A stretch of 63,476 bases of DNA, filler included, from Bigelowiella natans CCMP2755 (taxonomy: Eukaryota; Protista; Cercozoa): assembly GCA_000320545.1 (NCBI GenBank). It is 5 parts of 5 records of this genome, joined end to end, with 100 filler letters (N's around TTAATTAATTAA, not from the genome) between each part and the next. Parts side by side here need not be neighbours in the genome. Positions count along the whole stretch, not along the records: positions 20,380 to 50,798 come from ADNK01002733.1; 4 more parts are not named here. One strand, written 5' to 3'. The notes under the pieces were generated by a model. That model searched no databases. It saw nothing but the letters and a program-made list of their open reading frames with translations, and was not told where the DNA came from. Shown piece by piece: positions 23,398-37,281 of this stretch; the first letter of the stretch is position 1; each line of letters begins with the position of its first letter. The position numbers and the translations under genes were made by a program.

Positions 23398-23900
23398 CTC
23401 TAGCCAAACAGGCTAGCAATGACAGGTCGAAAAGTCCACACACAGTTGGACAGGTCGATGTGCAATGCATCATCTGCTGCTCGGTCATGCATTCTGCACA
23501 TTGGTTGCATGGTGGCATCTAGAGCATGCCAGCATGCAAACATGTCGCCCCAGCTAGCTAGCTAGCCAGACTAGCAGAACTGGAGAACCACATTAGTTGA
23601 AAATTCTTTGGAAGCCGCAAGCAAGCAGAGATGAGCTAGTGAGGGGAAACTGCTAGAATGCAGCGCTACATGAACTTGCAGTTGAATGCCACGCACTGTG
23701 GCATGATGGACACAGTGATGTCACACATGGCACACTGCAATCCTAGCGCGCTAGTGAGCGTTTGTCAAACTAGCAAACCGCGTTGTTGATGTTCCTCCAC
23801 AGCTGCCTGCTAGCGTGTTGCGGCTGGCATTCTGACAGTCATGCGTCGGCGAGACGTGCAAATGGAATCAAGGTTGTGGACAATCACACATGCATCAAAA
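22351..23900. other. TpA-depleted, CTAG-retaining intergenic tract
   Basis: By manual count all 20 TA dinucleotides in 22351-23590 lie inside CTAG. CATG, TGCA and (CTAG)n are abundant. Confidence 0.85.
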
Positions 23901-24056
23901 CTTGAATCTGCTAAATCTAATGGGGAGTTTTCCTTTGAATTCATCTGAACAGTTGAGCAGAACATGGTGATCTAATCCAACTTCTGTCAAGATTTTCGAA
24001 GTGCAAATTTTGAGCTTCCAATGTAAAGACATTGGCCCATCTGGCCTAAATGAAGA

Positions 24057-27000
24057 TTACACAAAGAGTTCACCTGAAAACTCAGGGTTGTTTTGAAGAA
24101 ATGACGACTCTCCCTTCACCCCATGCGAAATCCTCCTTCTCTTTTGAGAGTTGCTTGTCATTGCATAGCTATTAATTGCCCTTCTCCACATTTGTCGTGC
24201 CGAATCACATGCAAAACGGAAACTTATTTTTTCATTCCTATGCGGGCCTGTGCCGTCGTTGTGAATGATATTCATGTACGCATCCGGAGTATCAGGAAAT
24301 TCGAATTGCAACACGTTGTCTAACTTGACTGATTGAATCAGGTCGATGTAATATTCTGCACAAGACAAAAGAAATTTCTCTTTACTCGTGATGCCAAGTT
24401 TGTGAGGTTGCCACAATGTGTTATTTGTTCTACAAATGAGGAGATAATTGTTGTTAGAAGTTCCATCATCGATCCAGATTAATAGAACCCAATTTCCTTT
24501 GAACGTACAATACGTATATAGTCTATCATGTAACTCGGCAGCTTTGAACATGCTTAATCTCTTGTTTCTCCTCGCTTCCCTCCGTACCAACGCGTTCATC
24601 GCGACTTCAAAAAATTTAATTGGATCATACACGTCCCCAAATTTGCTGACTCTATTTTTTTCATCCTGAAAGCCAAGCCACCATGATGGTGGCGGATAAT
24701 CAACTAACGGCCTGTCAAGATCATTTCGACAGTAGCGCTTAAATACATCTACAATTCTTTCAGATTCACCATATCTTTTTGTCACTAAAATATTACATTG
24801 CCAAGATGTGGGGTCAGTGCATAAAGCAATCATCTGATCACCATAGCCATGATACACGCTGCACACTTCCTCATACGAAAATTCTTTTAATCGCAAAATT
24901 TGAGTCCAAATCCAGTCTTCCATTTGAGATACGTATTTACTTGTTATTCTAGAGGGAAGATCTGGATTGAGATATGAATCAGATACAAAAAATCTAAAGG
25001 AGTTTCCCATTGCAATTATCTTAGTCGTTCCCTTGATTTCGATAAAGTTCACCAACTCCAAATGCTCTCCGCTTTTCAGAATATCTCTTTCGATCATTTT
25101 TCGCTGCAGCTCTGTGGTTAAAGTAGTCATTCCAACTGAATACATGCAATCTCTTAAAAAAGACTGCCGTATTCCGACTTGTGCTTTTACAGATCCAATT
25201 GTAAATGAACGGAAAAACTTGTTTGCAAAGTGATTTGAACACAGAACAAAAGAAGCCAATGCTGATAGAGCGCGAATCCGCATCCAGTCCAGTGGTTCAC
25301 AATGCGAGTACCATTTAGATCGTGGCCTCTCTGCTCTTGATTTATATTTTGTAGAACCTTGTGCGCAAACTTGAGAATCATATCTCAATATAGTCATCAA
25401 AGCCATGTATAAGGCGCTATCTACAAGAAAAAGCTCCCGAATTGCCCTCCTCTGACAAAGGATATTCCCTAGGTGTACTTGGACATTTTTGCCTTTGAAG
25501 AATGGTAGCTGAAACACCTTAAAAAACACACTATCAGTCGATTCAACAATTTCAGATATATGGGAAGAAACATTGCCGAAGAGTTTTTATTTCAGTATTT
25601 TGTAAATAAGAAATGTATGTATATCGTCCCAGCTCACTATCTGGATCCTTTCCTTCCTCTTTTTGTCGAAAGTTGTTCGATTGAGCTACCAAAATTAAAT
25701 TTTGACCTCTTTTATGATATCTTCCAGTGCAGTACACGCTGTTGCCACTAACTCTTCATCTTCTATCGAGAGTCGGATGAATTCCATGCTTGAGCCCCCA
25801 GTGTGTATTTCCGACCCTGAAGGCTTCAATAATGTTTCTAATTTCGCTTTCTTAGTCATACCGGTTGTGGTGCCTATCATAGCCTGTATAAAGTTGTTAA
25901 CCGGTGAAGGGAATGCGTTATCATAGTCTCTCGAATCAACCAGTCTTTGCAAACGCCTTAGAATCTCTATAATGGAATCAGAGATGACTTCAAAAAAGTC
26001 TAAAGCCTTTAAGCATTCTTTGTAACCAATTGGAGATATATCTGTAAGCGTCCTAGTGAGCTGTAGCACCTTCTTCGTACAATGAAATTTCAAACCTTTT
26101 CTGTCAATATATTAAAAAAAAATCTGAGCTTTCGAAATTTGCCTCAATCAGGAGATGAATGAACTCCTACCTATTTTTAACAGAACTATCGATCTCAAAA
26201 TCAAAATAACTCAGAATTCGTGTAATCTTCCTGTATACACCAGGGGTCCGCAATATTTTTGCCGTCTGACAAGAAATGAAACATGAGTAGTTATGTGATG
26301 GAATGACGTACTGACAAATATTTCCTACTTTTCCCCTTGTGCGCAGGGAGGATCTCGTCATCAGTGTAAAAAGAATTCTCACCAACGAGGCGGAGATAGA
26401 TTTATATTGTGGCTTCATTTCCTCCTACAAACCATTGATTTTTATTGTTGTCTAATTTCTTACACTCTGATTTCAATCCCGTTGCTGTCATATCAACCTC
26501 TAAAAGCTCTTCTCTCGCTTTTGTCTCGTATTGTTTCAGTAATGCATCCTCCCATCCCTCATGATTTTTTAGAACCTGCACAGTATCATGTGTCGCTCTT
26601 CTGCTATCTGCAACACTTAGTTTTCACTTTTTCACCTCTCTCTGATAGTCATCGTACATGGCCGGACAATTTACAGAAGACACTACAGGCATTTGTGCCC
26701 ACGGCTCATGATTCCTCAAGTAAGAATAGTTTTTCCGCTGAGTATGGAAGTAATGGAAAGGCCCAGCATGCGGATTGACCATATGGTAATGCCTTCGGAT
26801 CGGGGCTGGGAATGGAGTTATGGTTTTGATCATGAGATGGTTCTCTTCCAAAGATCCAGGAAAATTCAGAGACCATTCTGGTAGATCGCTTCTGTGAAGT
26901 CTTAAAAAAAAATACATTTTACTTTTATATCCATTTCACGAAGCCTAATATCTCCTTTACCTCTCATCAACGCTGAGATCATTGATTAAGGCTGAGAAAA

Positions 27001-29935
27001 CCAATTGTCCGAAATTTGTCATCGGCGTTTGAGTATCTCCAGTATTCTTGAAGGGAATCTATGTGATCTCAAGCGTCAAGATGTGAAAGTGGAACTTTGT
27101 AAATACTGAGACGTTACCATGTCTTTATCTTCTTCGATACTTCCTCCAGAGCGTGTAGCATCCCCATTTCGTTTGTGCAATAACAATAGTAACTCCTACA
27201 TGATATATTAGTTTACCATGTATCTTGACCTGCAGGCAATGAATGCAGAACATACCGTTCCAAATTGTTCTGTTTCCAGTGCTGCCCTGGTGCGAAACTG
27301 AGTTGCAAGAGTATATGCGAAGTTTTGCAGTTAATAGTTTTAGAATAACGTACTGTTTTTTGGTTCTTCTCATCTTCATTCTCATTAATGCCTACTTGAA
27401 GAAACTGTACTAGCTGGTTTACACCTGTTGTGTAAAATACAATATCTTTGTTGCGAATTGTAATCAAATGAATCTGATAACCATTTTGTGCGAGGAACGT
27501 CAAGTGAGAGTTGTTCTTCTGCCAGACATTGGATCCTAAGGGAAAAAATATCACTTAAAAAATGGAAAATGTGACGCAAGTGCACAAATTTACCGAGGTT
27601 CCAAATTCGTAGATTTTCACAGAAAACATCCCCTTCACCTGAATCCATAGATAACTCAACTTTAACTCTCTCAGCTTTGAATGCGGTAAGGAATAACTAT
27701 TTGAAAACCATTATTGAGATTCAATCGTTTCCTTTCGGAGTCTTCGGGAACGCTTTCACCATATTTTTTGCCTATCATCCGAAGTGCTTGCTGGACCTGC
27801 GAACAATAATAAATAATCAATTATGTACTAAATATCATTAATTGCAAGGCTTACGTTCGTGTTTCGCAGTTTTTGAAGAATTGATTTTGGCCTTAAAGCA
27901 GCTTCCTGTGCGTCCGAAGTTTTAGAAGTAGCAAGGTCAGCGATATTTTTGTACCTTCATTTTTTCACCGCGTCGAACCTCTGTGTTGATGAAGGGAAAA
28001 ACATAAACAGCATTTAAAATTGAAATATTGAAAGAAACAATAAAACATACAACCTCTTGTGTCTTCTGTGATAAAAAATGCCTTTGAAATAACAAACAAT
28101 CTTGAGCAATCAATATACCTCAAACTATTGTTTTTTAAATTAAACCCTTTCTTCGCTGTGTGCCCAATAAAAGCACTCTGTGTAACCAGCATCGCTCATA
28201 AGGTGCGAAAATTCTAATGCACAACAGTGATCACTGTAAGGACAAAAAATGAGAGACTCGTATTATAACATTATAACCCGAGAGCATAGTCTGCGCAATC
28301 GATACATCTCCAAACTCAGGGTCAACGTAAAAGTGATAAACCTGAACGAAAGGGCACATGGGTAAAGTTTGCCATAATATGATTCATGACACTTTCATAC
28401 TTTACCTCGGAAAATTCTTTCGTAAATACATCTTTTGCCCCGACCATAATATCGTTTCTTGCAATTCTCGCTGGCCCTCCGTGTATAATTCCAATAACCT
28501 TGCGTGTTTGCTGCTTAATACTATGGTTACTCTCTCTCTTTCCATCTCTTTGTGCCACTATTGCAGGTGAATTAGCTGAATGCTTTATGTCTAACGCTTC
28601 GTTATCAGTGGGTTCCCAGGGGCTTTTGAGACCAGTATTCCCATCTTCCTCTCCGCGACCATATACGACAAGTACAATTTGTTTATTGTCGATCACAGTT
28701 GCCGTGTCTCCCCTCCGCCTTACATCATTTGCAGATCGAACCTAATGTAATGAACACTTCTACATCGCGTAAAGTTTAGAGAATATGCGAGAATTTTTGT
28801 ACCCATTCTATAACAACTTCTTTGATTCCAGCATTTTGAATGTTCGAAAGTTTTCGAGGAGTCACTCGGTACACATTCTTGGCATATCTGTTAGGACACC
28901 ATTGGAATCGTAACATATGCTTAATACTAGTGAGAAAGAAAAACGTACTGATAAATTAGTTTGGCCATTCCTTCGATAGTAGCCTTTAGAAAATTAAGAG
29001 CGTCACTTGTTCCATTAGCTAGTTAATGACAATCTTGAGTAGATACCGTATCCTCAACTCTCGGAACAACTGCAATTTGTCCTGTTACATTTCCTTTTTA
29101 TTAATAGGTTTAATATCAGACGGTGTGCCCCAGGGTACCAATGATGTATATAAGCTGACCTTCCGTAAGAAGAGGCTGGGCTTCTAAGAGTTTGATATCT
29201 GGTAACCTTGTCCCTTTACAAATATCACATATCTAGCCCCATCTATTGATTAAATCTATTTCTCTAATGCTTTATACCACATCGATGGGAGATCCACGAG
29301 TTATATCCTGAATCCTTAGCCATTCTAAGTTCTTCAACTAATACCGGCATCTCTGTTTTTTTGTGCATCCCTACAGTATGACAAAGCTAAAGTAATCTAC
29401 CTCTTAATTAAAATGCTATACTGTCGAAGAGTTGCGACCTGTGCTTTGGACAGGGCCATTATGCAGATTTCTATGTAAATTAGGACACTGAATATCTTGT
29501 TAGGAGGTGTAAATTTGCCTAAGATACCTTCCCTCTAGGACATTGGCGATTTGATGATATAGCCTAAAGGCTACAATGTCAGGATATGAGTATAGTTGTT
29601 TCAAAACTGAGAGCAAGCTCTTGATGTCAGCTCCCAACCTGGAACATCATTGATAATGTGCCTATTGCCATGCTAAAGATATACATATTGCTACCATGTC
29701 TGTTCAATGAATATATGACTGTGATTCGCAAATCCTCTGAGATCTGCGACTCGCAATGTAGATTGCTCGGATATCTGCAAATTGTATTGTAGGGTCTAAA
29801 TGCTGAAAGTTCCAAATCAAATTAGTTGATACGTACCATTATCTTGGCAAATGTTGCCTCATTTGCCTCAGTTGCCATCCCGTCTTTACACAAGTTGTAT
29901 GCGTGTATGTATGTTATATTTTAGAGGGAGAGAGC

Positions 29936-29980
<45 letters not shown>

Positions 29981-32900
29981 CAATATTTTATCTTCAATAC
30001 TGTTTCGAAATGTCATACAGCCCATCATCTTTTCAACACTTCAATATACATCTATTGATAGTTGAATCTATGGTAGCTATGTACCTCGAAATTCGAACAG
30101 CTTCCATGCCAGCATGATGAACTTAACACACGCACTCATACCTAGAAAAATATTAACTGAAACCCATTGACTCCCCGGGTGTATAATATATTATACATAA
30201 TCTCTGCGGAGCAACTTCGTGCTGCCCATCGTACGGCGACACCTAACCAAGAAGCATATTTGATTTTCGTGAACATCGTTATCTCTTTCATACGCAGTTG
30301 CTACATCCGTAGCGAGCTCTCTAGCTTGCCTCGCCATGCCATAATATCCATGTGTATTTGCTGTGTGCATACTATATACGCTGTATACAATAGTGAAATG
30401 CGCAAGGTGTGATTTCTGACCTCTCTATTAGCGCAGCGATTGAGAAGCTCAAATATTGTAGAGGTGACCTTCCAAATATAAATCGAGGTGAACTTCAAGC
30501 TCTGTCTCCGTATAATTTGACATGTTTATATGTTATGGACCACCTCTTCTGCATAAACACTACGGAAGGTTCTTCCAACCTAAAGGTAAATGTGATTGTA
30601 TCTCAACTTTAACCAACAGATTTCAAAAATTTGCTACCTTCTCTTTTCCCTCGCCGTCATCCTGCACAGATGCATGTATTATTTTATAACTACCAATTTA
30701 TTAAATATGACATTAGATTACCTTATACTCGGCAAGACGCACCATCAAATATATGATATGGGTAAGAATTGAGTAGGTAGAATCGTGCAGAGAAGTGCCT
30801 GATCAACGCAACCAGGTCATTTATTACAAGCTGGAACAATATTGAATGCACATAACTCATTTGCGTGAGGATTGTGACCATCCTCCTGATTTCAGCTGGC
30901 GAGAACTGCTCCATTGGCACATTTGCTATCATGAAGGAATGTCATCTTTTGGCAGAGATATTAAGTTCTGAGAGGTACCAAGACAACGAGCTGCAGAAAC
31001 TAAAACTTCGTCTTTATACACCCCTGATAATGCCAGAGAAACATTATCATTACCGAATATAAGTTGCAAGGAACACTCGAAATTGAAATACAAATAACAA
31101 TGCTACTTTTTACCGTCGCTGGCAGTTTCTAAAATTTTGAAAATAATAGTCTCTCGGTCATATCCCTTCACCTCCGGTACATTGAATTTCTGGGCAAGGT
31201 TTCGGGCATATCCAATCTGCAAGAGATGATTGGAATTTGAAATCTATCTCACACTAATATTTAAAGTTCATTACCTCAGATCGCTCACTTTCTTCATTAT
31301 AATAATTCATTATGTCCAACTGTTGAAGGATTGCCATGAACGTGCTCATGTAAGGGTATAGGTAATTTAGAATAGGGTCATACCGCAATGCAGAGCGCAT
31401 CTTGATATGGAGAGTCGATTGAGCGGTTACGTTTAATTTCGGTCACCAAATTTTTTATCTTACAGAAAATTCAGTAAGTCATGAAAATATTCAATCAGTA
31501 AGTCATAAGAAGAATTCATTATACAGCATTAAAATTTTCCTTACAATTCCCTGTAAAGTGATGGGAAGGGATACTTGATTCTCAAGAATATCACGAAAGT
31601 CACGAAGTTCTAAGAATCCATAAGACTTTAACAAAACAGAGTTGATGGAAAATCGTCACGGAACATTGAGTCTAGGACCTTTGTTTGACGTTAGCTTAGA
31701 TCCAAGGATGATGGCGTTGAATAGAAAATCCATGCATGCAAAAATAAGTTTCCCTCTGGCCTGATGTAAGCGTTCAGATATGTACACACACGTTCACATA
31801 AAATGCATCACACGGCAATATATGCATGTCTGCATAGATATGTATTTTCGATATTATTCATATTGTTCTGTAATTTTAACTCTAATGAAATATCTTTGAT
31901 ATAAAAATAAACTCTTCCATATTTTATGTCAGAATTTGATTTGAATTCAGTAATTAGAATCGCATGTACAACCTGCTTCCGCTTAGCCATTTTAAGGAAC
32001 ATTGAGATAAAAGGATTCCCTTGTTTGGGTATTCTATATCGATGTTTCTAATACGCAGTCTATGATAAGATTACGACGAACGGGGAGTATTGGTGTTGAG
32101 TGTAATATTGATTCTGACCTCGGAATTGGTGGATCGCATGAGAGTGGCTCCAATACATTGTATAAGGGCAGCTTGATATTCTTGTTGGTGAAACCCAATT
32201 GATTTCTCATCATTAGCCTATTTAGATGTGACTGTACTAATTTTGCAATATACTTATAATTTCCCACCCTTGCATACCTGCTTGTCAAGAATAAGAACCA
32301 TTTTCTCGATATAGGTCTTCAGAATACAAAAATGTCACAAAACCTCTTTTAAGATATTAATGATACATATGAAACTACGTAGAAGGCCTCTGCTGCTTCA
32401 TAGATTCTCTCTTCTAGTGGGATTTCCTCATCCTGACAAAAAGAACTGCTAATTCCAATATGAACTGTTTCAATAAGGCGTTCTTTAAACCTGGCTATAT
32501 ACCCTAGTTTGATTTCCTTTTCGACAATATTGGTTTCTTGCTATTTTCGCCCTAAATAACACTTCAAGTTTATCTATTTCCACGGTACAAACGTTTGAAC
32601 ATACATCAATTCTATTTCTGCAGCCCTGGTGGTCATTTTGTTTCTGTTAACTTCAGAGATCTTTTGCGATAAAATCTACGAAATTAAAGTCACGATATCG
32701 ATAAATAAATTACCTCGAAATACCAGCTGCCATAAATTTACCTTTTGGAGTTCTTCAGGTTCAGATTTCAAATACTGTATTGATTGGTTCAAATGTGTCA
32801 TTGAATTATGAGAATCTGACCAAATATAAATTGATTTAATAATATTCTGACCTTCCAAAACTGACCAGCCATAAGGTTGTTTGTTGCACAAACACTTAAA

Positions 32901-33990
32901 AAGGAGTATACAGCCTTATTGTGAAAGATAACGCAATCGTTAAATTTCTTCCATCCAAGGAAGTTGAACGTATTTTACCCTTTTTTTCTGGCTCGCTATA
33001 TCGTCATCACCTGCATCTGTCATTTCTACCTGCAACTTTATAAACATATAAATACTAAGGACAAGAAGGAAGGCTTCGAACATTACGAAAAATTGGAGAA
33101 GTTGATATAACCTCCACTAAACGTTGGGCAAACGTTCTTTTAAAAGTTTTCTTTTCACCTACAAGATATTGCTACTTGTCAAAACATGAACCCGATATGT
33201 TCTATCGGATACCTCCATAACTGAACCTTGAAAGAATATCAATTATCTGCGGCCCCGATGTTGGCCGTCTAAAAGTCATTATTGAATTACTGGAAAGGTG
33301 TGGTTTGCAAAGCGGGTAAGATCTTACGTCAAAAGTTTTTCAAGTTGAGGAATCGAGCTAATCAGGTAGTTCCTATCCATCTAAAAAAATATGCTTCTGA
33401 CATATAAAATTGTAAGGATAAAAATGCACTACAATGCATAGAACTTCTGCTAGCCAGTTCTCCACCACATTCTATATTTAAAAGAATATACAAACTTAGA
33501 TTGGCTTAATGGCGACCAAAAAGATTTATTATAATTACCACCAAAATGCCTTCGATGTTTTTTATTGATAAAACTAGCCCAACGAAGGTCTATGTAAACG
33601 TAAAGCCTTGTACAAGACGGACAACCCATAACGTGGAGTTTCACCGTTTCACCTGCAAAGCCTGCTTTCCGAAAGGGATTATTATTCCTCCATGCTTATT
33701 TAAGCTATCTCTTCCATTTTCATTGATAGAAATTAGCTCTGCAAGCCATGTGAAAATTGCTTCACGTTCCCCTGGGTCTGTCTGCAATAAGGATGAATAT
33801 CGGACTCGGAATCTCTCACTCCAATCTTAATAGTTACCTTCTTCTCCACAAGATGACTGATACTCGAGAAAAACAAACTTCTATCACTTGAAGTAGACTG
33901 CGTAAGACGTCTTGCATATCGAAAATCCGTTTTCAGCGATCGTGTGTTGGTGCTCTCTTCTCTAGACTGAGTAAAATCACGTGATATCAT
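24057..33990 (-). CDS. Large multi-exon hypothetical protein (about 10-kb gene; possible PH-like and helical-repeat segments)
   Basis: 490-aa terminal exon 24057-25529 plus many same-strand coding fragments (25695-26093, 26167-26418, 26624-26917, 28322-28696, 30723-30932, 32676-32891) separated by short AT-rich GT-AG introns. FILIADRPREREAIFTWLAELI (about 33730-33800) and FRFACDSARQMWRRAI resemble PH-domain C-terminal helices. Could be more than one gene. Confidence 0.6.
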
Positions 33991-35216
33991 TAGGTCAAGA
34001 ATTTACTCGGGAAATTGGCCACCTTTTTCAAGTGACGAGCAGCATCGAGAAAAGTCTCAATGCAGTTCTCATGATCAAATCCGGAAATGGTTTCAATCCA
34101 CTGTTTGCAATTTCTATCTCGACGTCTTTGATTTGTAAATCATGTTAGTTCTCGCTAAAGGAGGGTAAAGTATTACAGACCCTGATCTAGTGTTGATAGA
34201 TCGACTGAGATAACTATCTGTGAGATCACCACCCGTTCGTGAACTGAAAGCTGTTGTATGTCCTTCATGCGACCCTGCAACAGTTGTATTCTTAAGCTGA
34301 AGCAGTATGATTAGAAGAATGTAATTATACGACAAACATACACATATTTGCAGACATATACACTCAAATGCAAATGAATGCAACAGATGTACATGAGTAT
34401 GTCAAATGTGAACAAATTTTACACAGGATTTCGCACAACACATGTTTGAGTGTGCCTGTGTGCATTCATGCACGTTGCTTGAATGACATGTGAGGCTTGC
34501 ATGTTTATATATGTGGATGGTTTTGTGAATTCAAGTCTAGTGTCGGAAAAATTGGCTGCACAAAAACCACAATTTTGTGCAATCGAAACGCAAGCGAAGC
34601 GAAAGGCATGAGAGACCTTTTTGCGTCCGTCCACTCGACCTGGAAGCCATGGCAGTGGTCTCAAATAACTGAAAAATGGCGTCTATATCACGCGTACGAC
34701 AGCTCTTATTTCGAAACTTCAACGATATATCATTTACAGTTCTCCCCAAGCAGAGTTTCGCGGGAAAATATCGCCATTCATTGTCGCGACTCCAAAGCGT
34801 AGTTCTTCCTCTTTCGTTTGTGCTCGGGTAGTGAGGCATTGGTCTGCCTGGGCAGCGCCCGCCTTGGATGGTTTCTCTGGCATTTCTCCTTAAACAATCC
34901 AACAAGCGCAACAAAACAACAATCGCAACAATTTTTCCAACACAAATGCAAAAATGCAAAATAGATCAATTTGACGGAAAAAATGAAAAGGCGCGATCAA
35001 AATATCTCGATGGTCACCGAACCTCGGATGTGTCCGGTTACGTTTTTGTTTTTTGGTCTACATTTGTACCGCAATTTAATGGAAAACTCCCTGTGTTTTT
35101 GTTCAGAAGCGGGGATTTTGTCTTGAGATTATATCTGAAACCTTCTGAGAGCACTGCACAGCAGAAAAGCGCATACGCGCATACCCAAACACGAACAATT
35201 TGGACAAACAACCACA

Positions 35217-37281
35217 ATGGCGTTCAAGCGGGTCACCACGTTCTTCTTCTCCGTGCCAACTAGAGTCACACGCAAGTATGAATACAAGAGTATTCTTCTC
35301 AATGTCTGCATTTTCATCCTTGTCATGGAAATGTGCGAGCGTCTTTGCTTCTATGGACTGACCGGTTCTATTAAAGTTCTCTTCCAGTCTAGATTCGGAT
35401 ACAACTCTTTCCAGGTTGACAAACTCACCCCAAAATATTAATTATGTAGTAATTGTTATCACAAGCTTGATATTAATACAATTTTTCTTTCCAGGCAGGA
35501 GCGCTTACGAACGTGCTTCCCTCTTTTGTCTACATCACCCCGCTCATTGGTGGATGTGTTGCGGATGAACTTATGGGACGTTTCAAGACAATTGCTATTT
35601 TTGGAATTATCTACCTCGTTGCTGTTTCAATGATGAGTTACTCCGTGTATCCCGGACAGGAAAGTAAGACCTTATTCATGTTTTCCTGCTTTGGTTTGCT
35701 TTCCCTTGGGTCTGGTGGTATTAAGGCAAACGTTGTCACTCTGGGAGGTGATCAATTCGATGACCGAAACCCTGCCCATGTTCCACAGAAAGAGCAATTC
35801 TTTAATTATTTTTACTGGTCTATCAATATTGGGGCTGGTGTCTCTTATGGCTACCTAGCCCAGATGGCGACTAATGGATCCGGGGACATACCAGCTGAAT
35901 ATGGTTTTTTTTGGTCATTCACGATTTGTGCAATAGCACTAGCCCTTGCATTAATAACGTTTTTGGGAGCAAGCGGTCGGTACATTCTACATCCACCACG
36001 GGGAGGTACGACAGGAATTTTTATGGACGTGTTCAAAGCATCGTTGAGAACTAGCAAAAAGGCATGGGGAGTTCTATTTGGAGCAATTTTCATGTTCGTG
36101 GGGTTCACCTTAAGCGTAGCCGCTGCATTTGAGGAGGATACCGAAATCAATAAAGACCTTGCTATTACTGGCTGCACATGTGCTGGTTTTGGGACGCTAT
36201 TGACAGGGGCCATGTGCATAGATACAAGCTGGGTTGGCGTGGGATACACACCCCTGCTTGCAAACGATAATTGCGTGCCCCCGTAGAATCAAAAGCGGGT
36301 CAACTTGATGGTGCATCTCCGCGAGGGTCGTATGGAAATGATGACGGAAGCGCAGTTGCCAGTGCCAAAGAGCTCTGGAGAGTAATGCCGGCAGTTCTCT
36401 GCAGTACCTCATTTTGGGTTGCATACAATCAGATGAGCTCCAACTTTTATGCCCAAAGTTGTCAGATGGATCTCGAAGTAGGGGGTGCACAATTAAATGC
36501 TGCAATATTAAACATTGGCGATTGCATTGCAATTGTAATTTGCATACCTCTTTTTGACAATTTCCTTTATCCATTCGTCGAACGCGTCAAGGGTTCAAAG
36601 TTTACTTTATTACAAAAGATGGCGTGTGGTTTTATCGTTGCGACTTGTGCCTTATTGTCAGCAGCTTTCATTGAAATCGAAAGGCGAAAAAGCGGGGTTA
36701 TGCCTTTTAGATCGGCATCGCAATCTTATTCTAATTGTGCGCCACCAGTGGAAGGGGGTGAAAATAACCCTGATACATGCGATCAAGACTCAAATGGCTT
36801 CATGGGAAAACAAACTTGTATGAGCAACATGTCTGTATTCTGGATGGCTATTCCATATTTCCTTATTGGAGTAAGCGAGTGCTTAATTTCTGTCCAAGTT
36901 TACGAATTGTGCTATACTGAGATTCCCATTGAAATGAGGAGTAGTGCCCAAGCTGTTAACTTATTCACCACAGGGCTCGCAAGTGCAATTGCAGCCGGAT
37001 TGACAGTAGCATTTCAAAATTATATTCCAAATGATCTCAATCAAGGGCATCTAGAGTACCCGTATTTTACGATAGCAGGGTTACTGCTGATGACATTTTT
37101 TATTTTTATATACGTAACCAGAGACTTCGAGTATAAGCAAGTCACGAAAGCTGGATATGATGGTGACGAGCTTGATGATGTTGAGAGTGACCCTGTTTTG
37201 GATGGTAAAGTAGCTTCGGAGAAGAGAATGTCTATCTCTGAGAGTAATATGATGGCGCGAATCAGAACTGCATCTCAATAA
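35217..37281 (+). CDS. PTR2/POT (NPF/SLC15) proton-dependent oligopeptide transporter; intron 35415-35494; apparent 1-nt frameshift near 36278-36282
   Basis: ExxERxxYG motif (EMCERLCFYG), YITPLIGGCVADELMGRFKTI, PTR2 signature GSGGIKANVVTLGGDQFD, FFNYFYWSINIGA, SVFWMAIPYFLIGVSE, PIEMRSSAQAV, DLNQGHLEYPYF. Confidence 0.93.

Noticed and set aside
22819-23518. Cys-rich fragments (CTSTCPTVCG, TGGKW..ACN..PT, CPSGQ) suggesting a decayed TIL-domain gene
   Set aside because: The fragments are in different frames, and Cys/His enrichment is expected from TG/CA excess in this tract. It cannot be supported without an HMM search.
22351-23900. Ordinary CpG-methylation decay or fungal-type RIP as the sole explanation of the tracts
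   Set aside because: Both leave or increase TpA. Here TpA is the missing dinucleotide and CpG persists.
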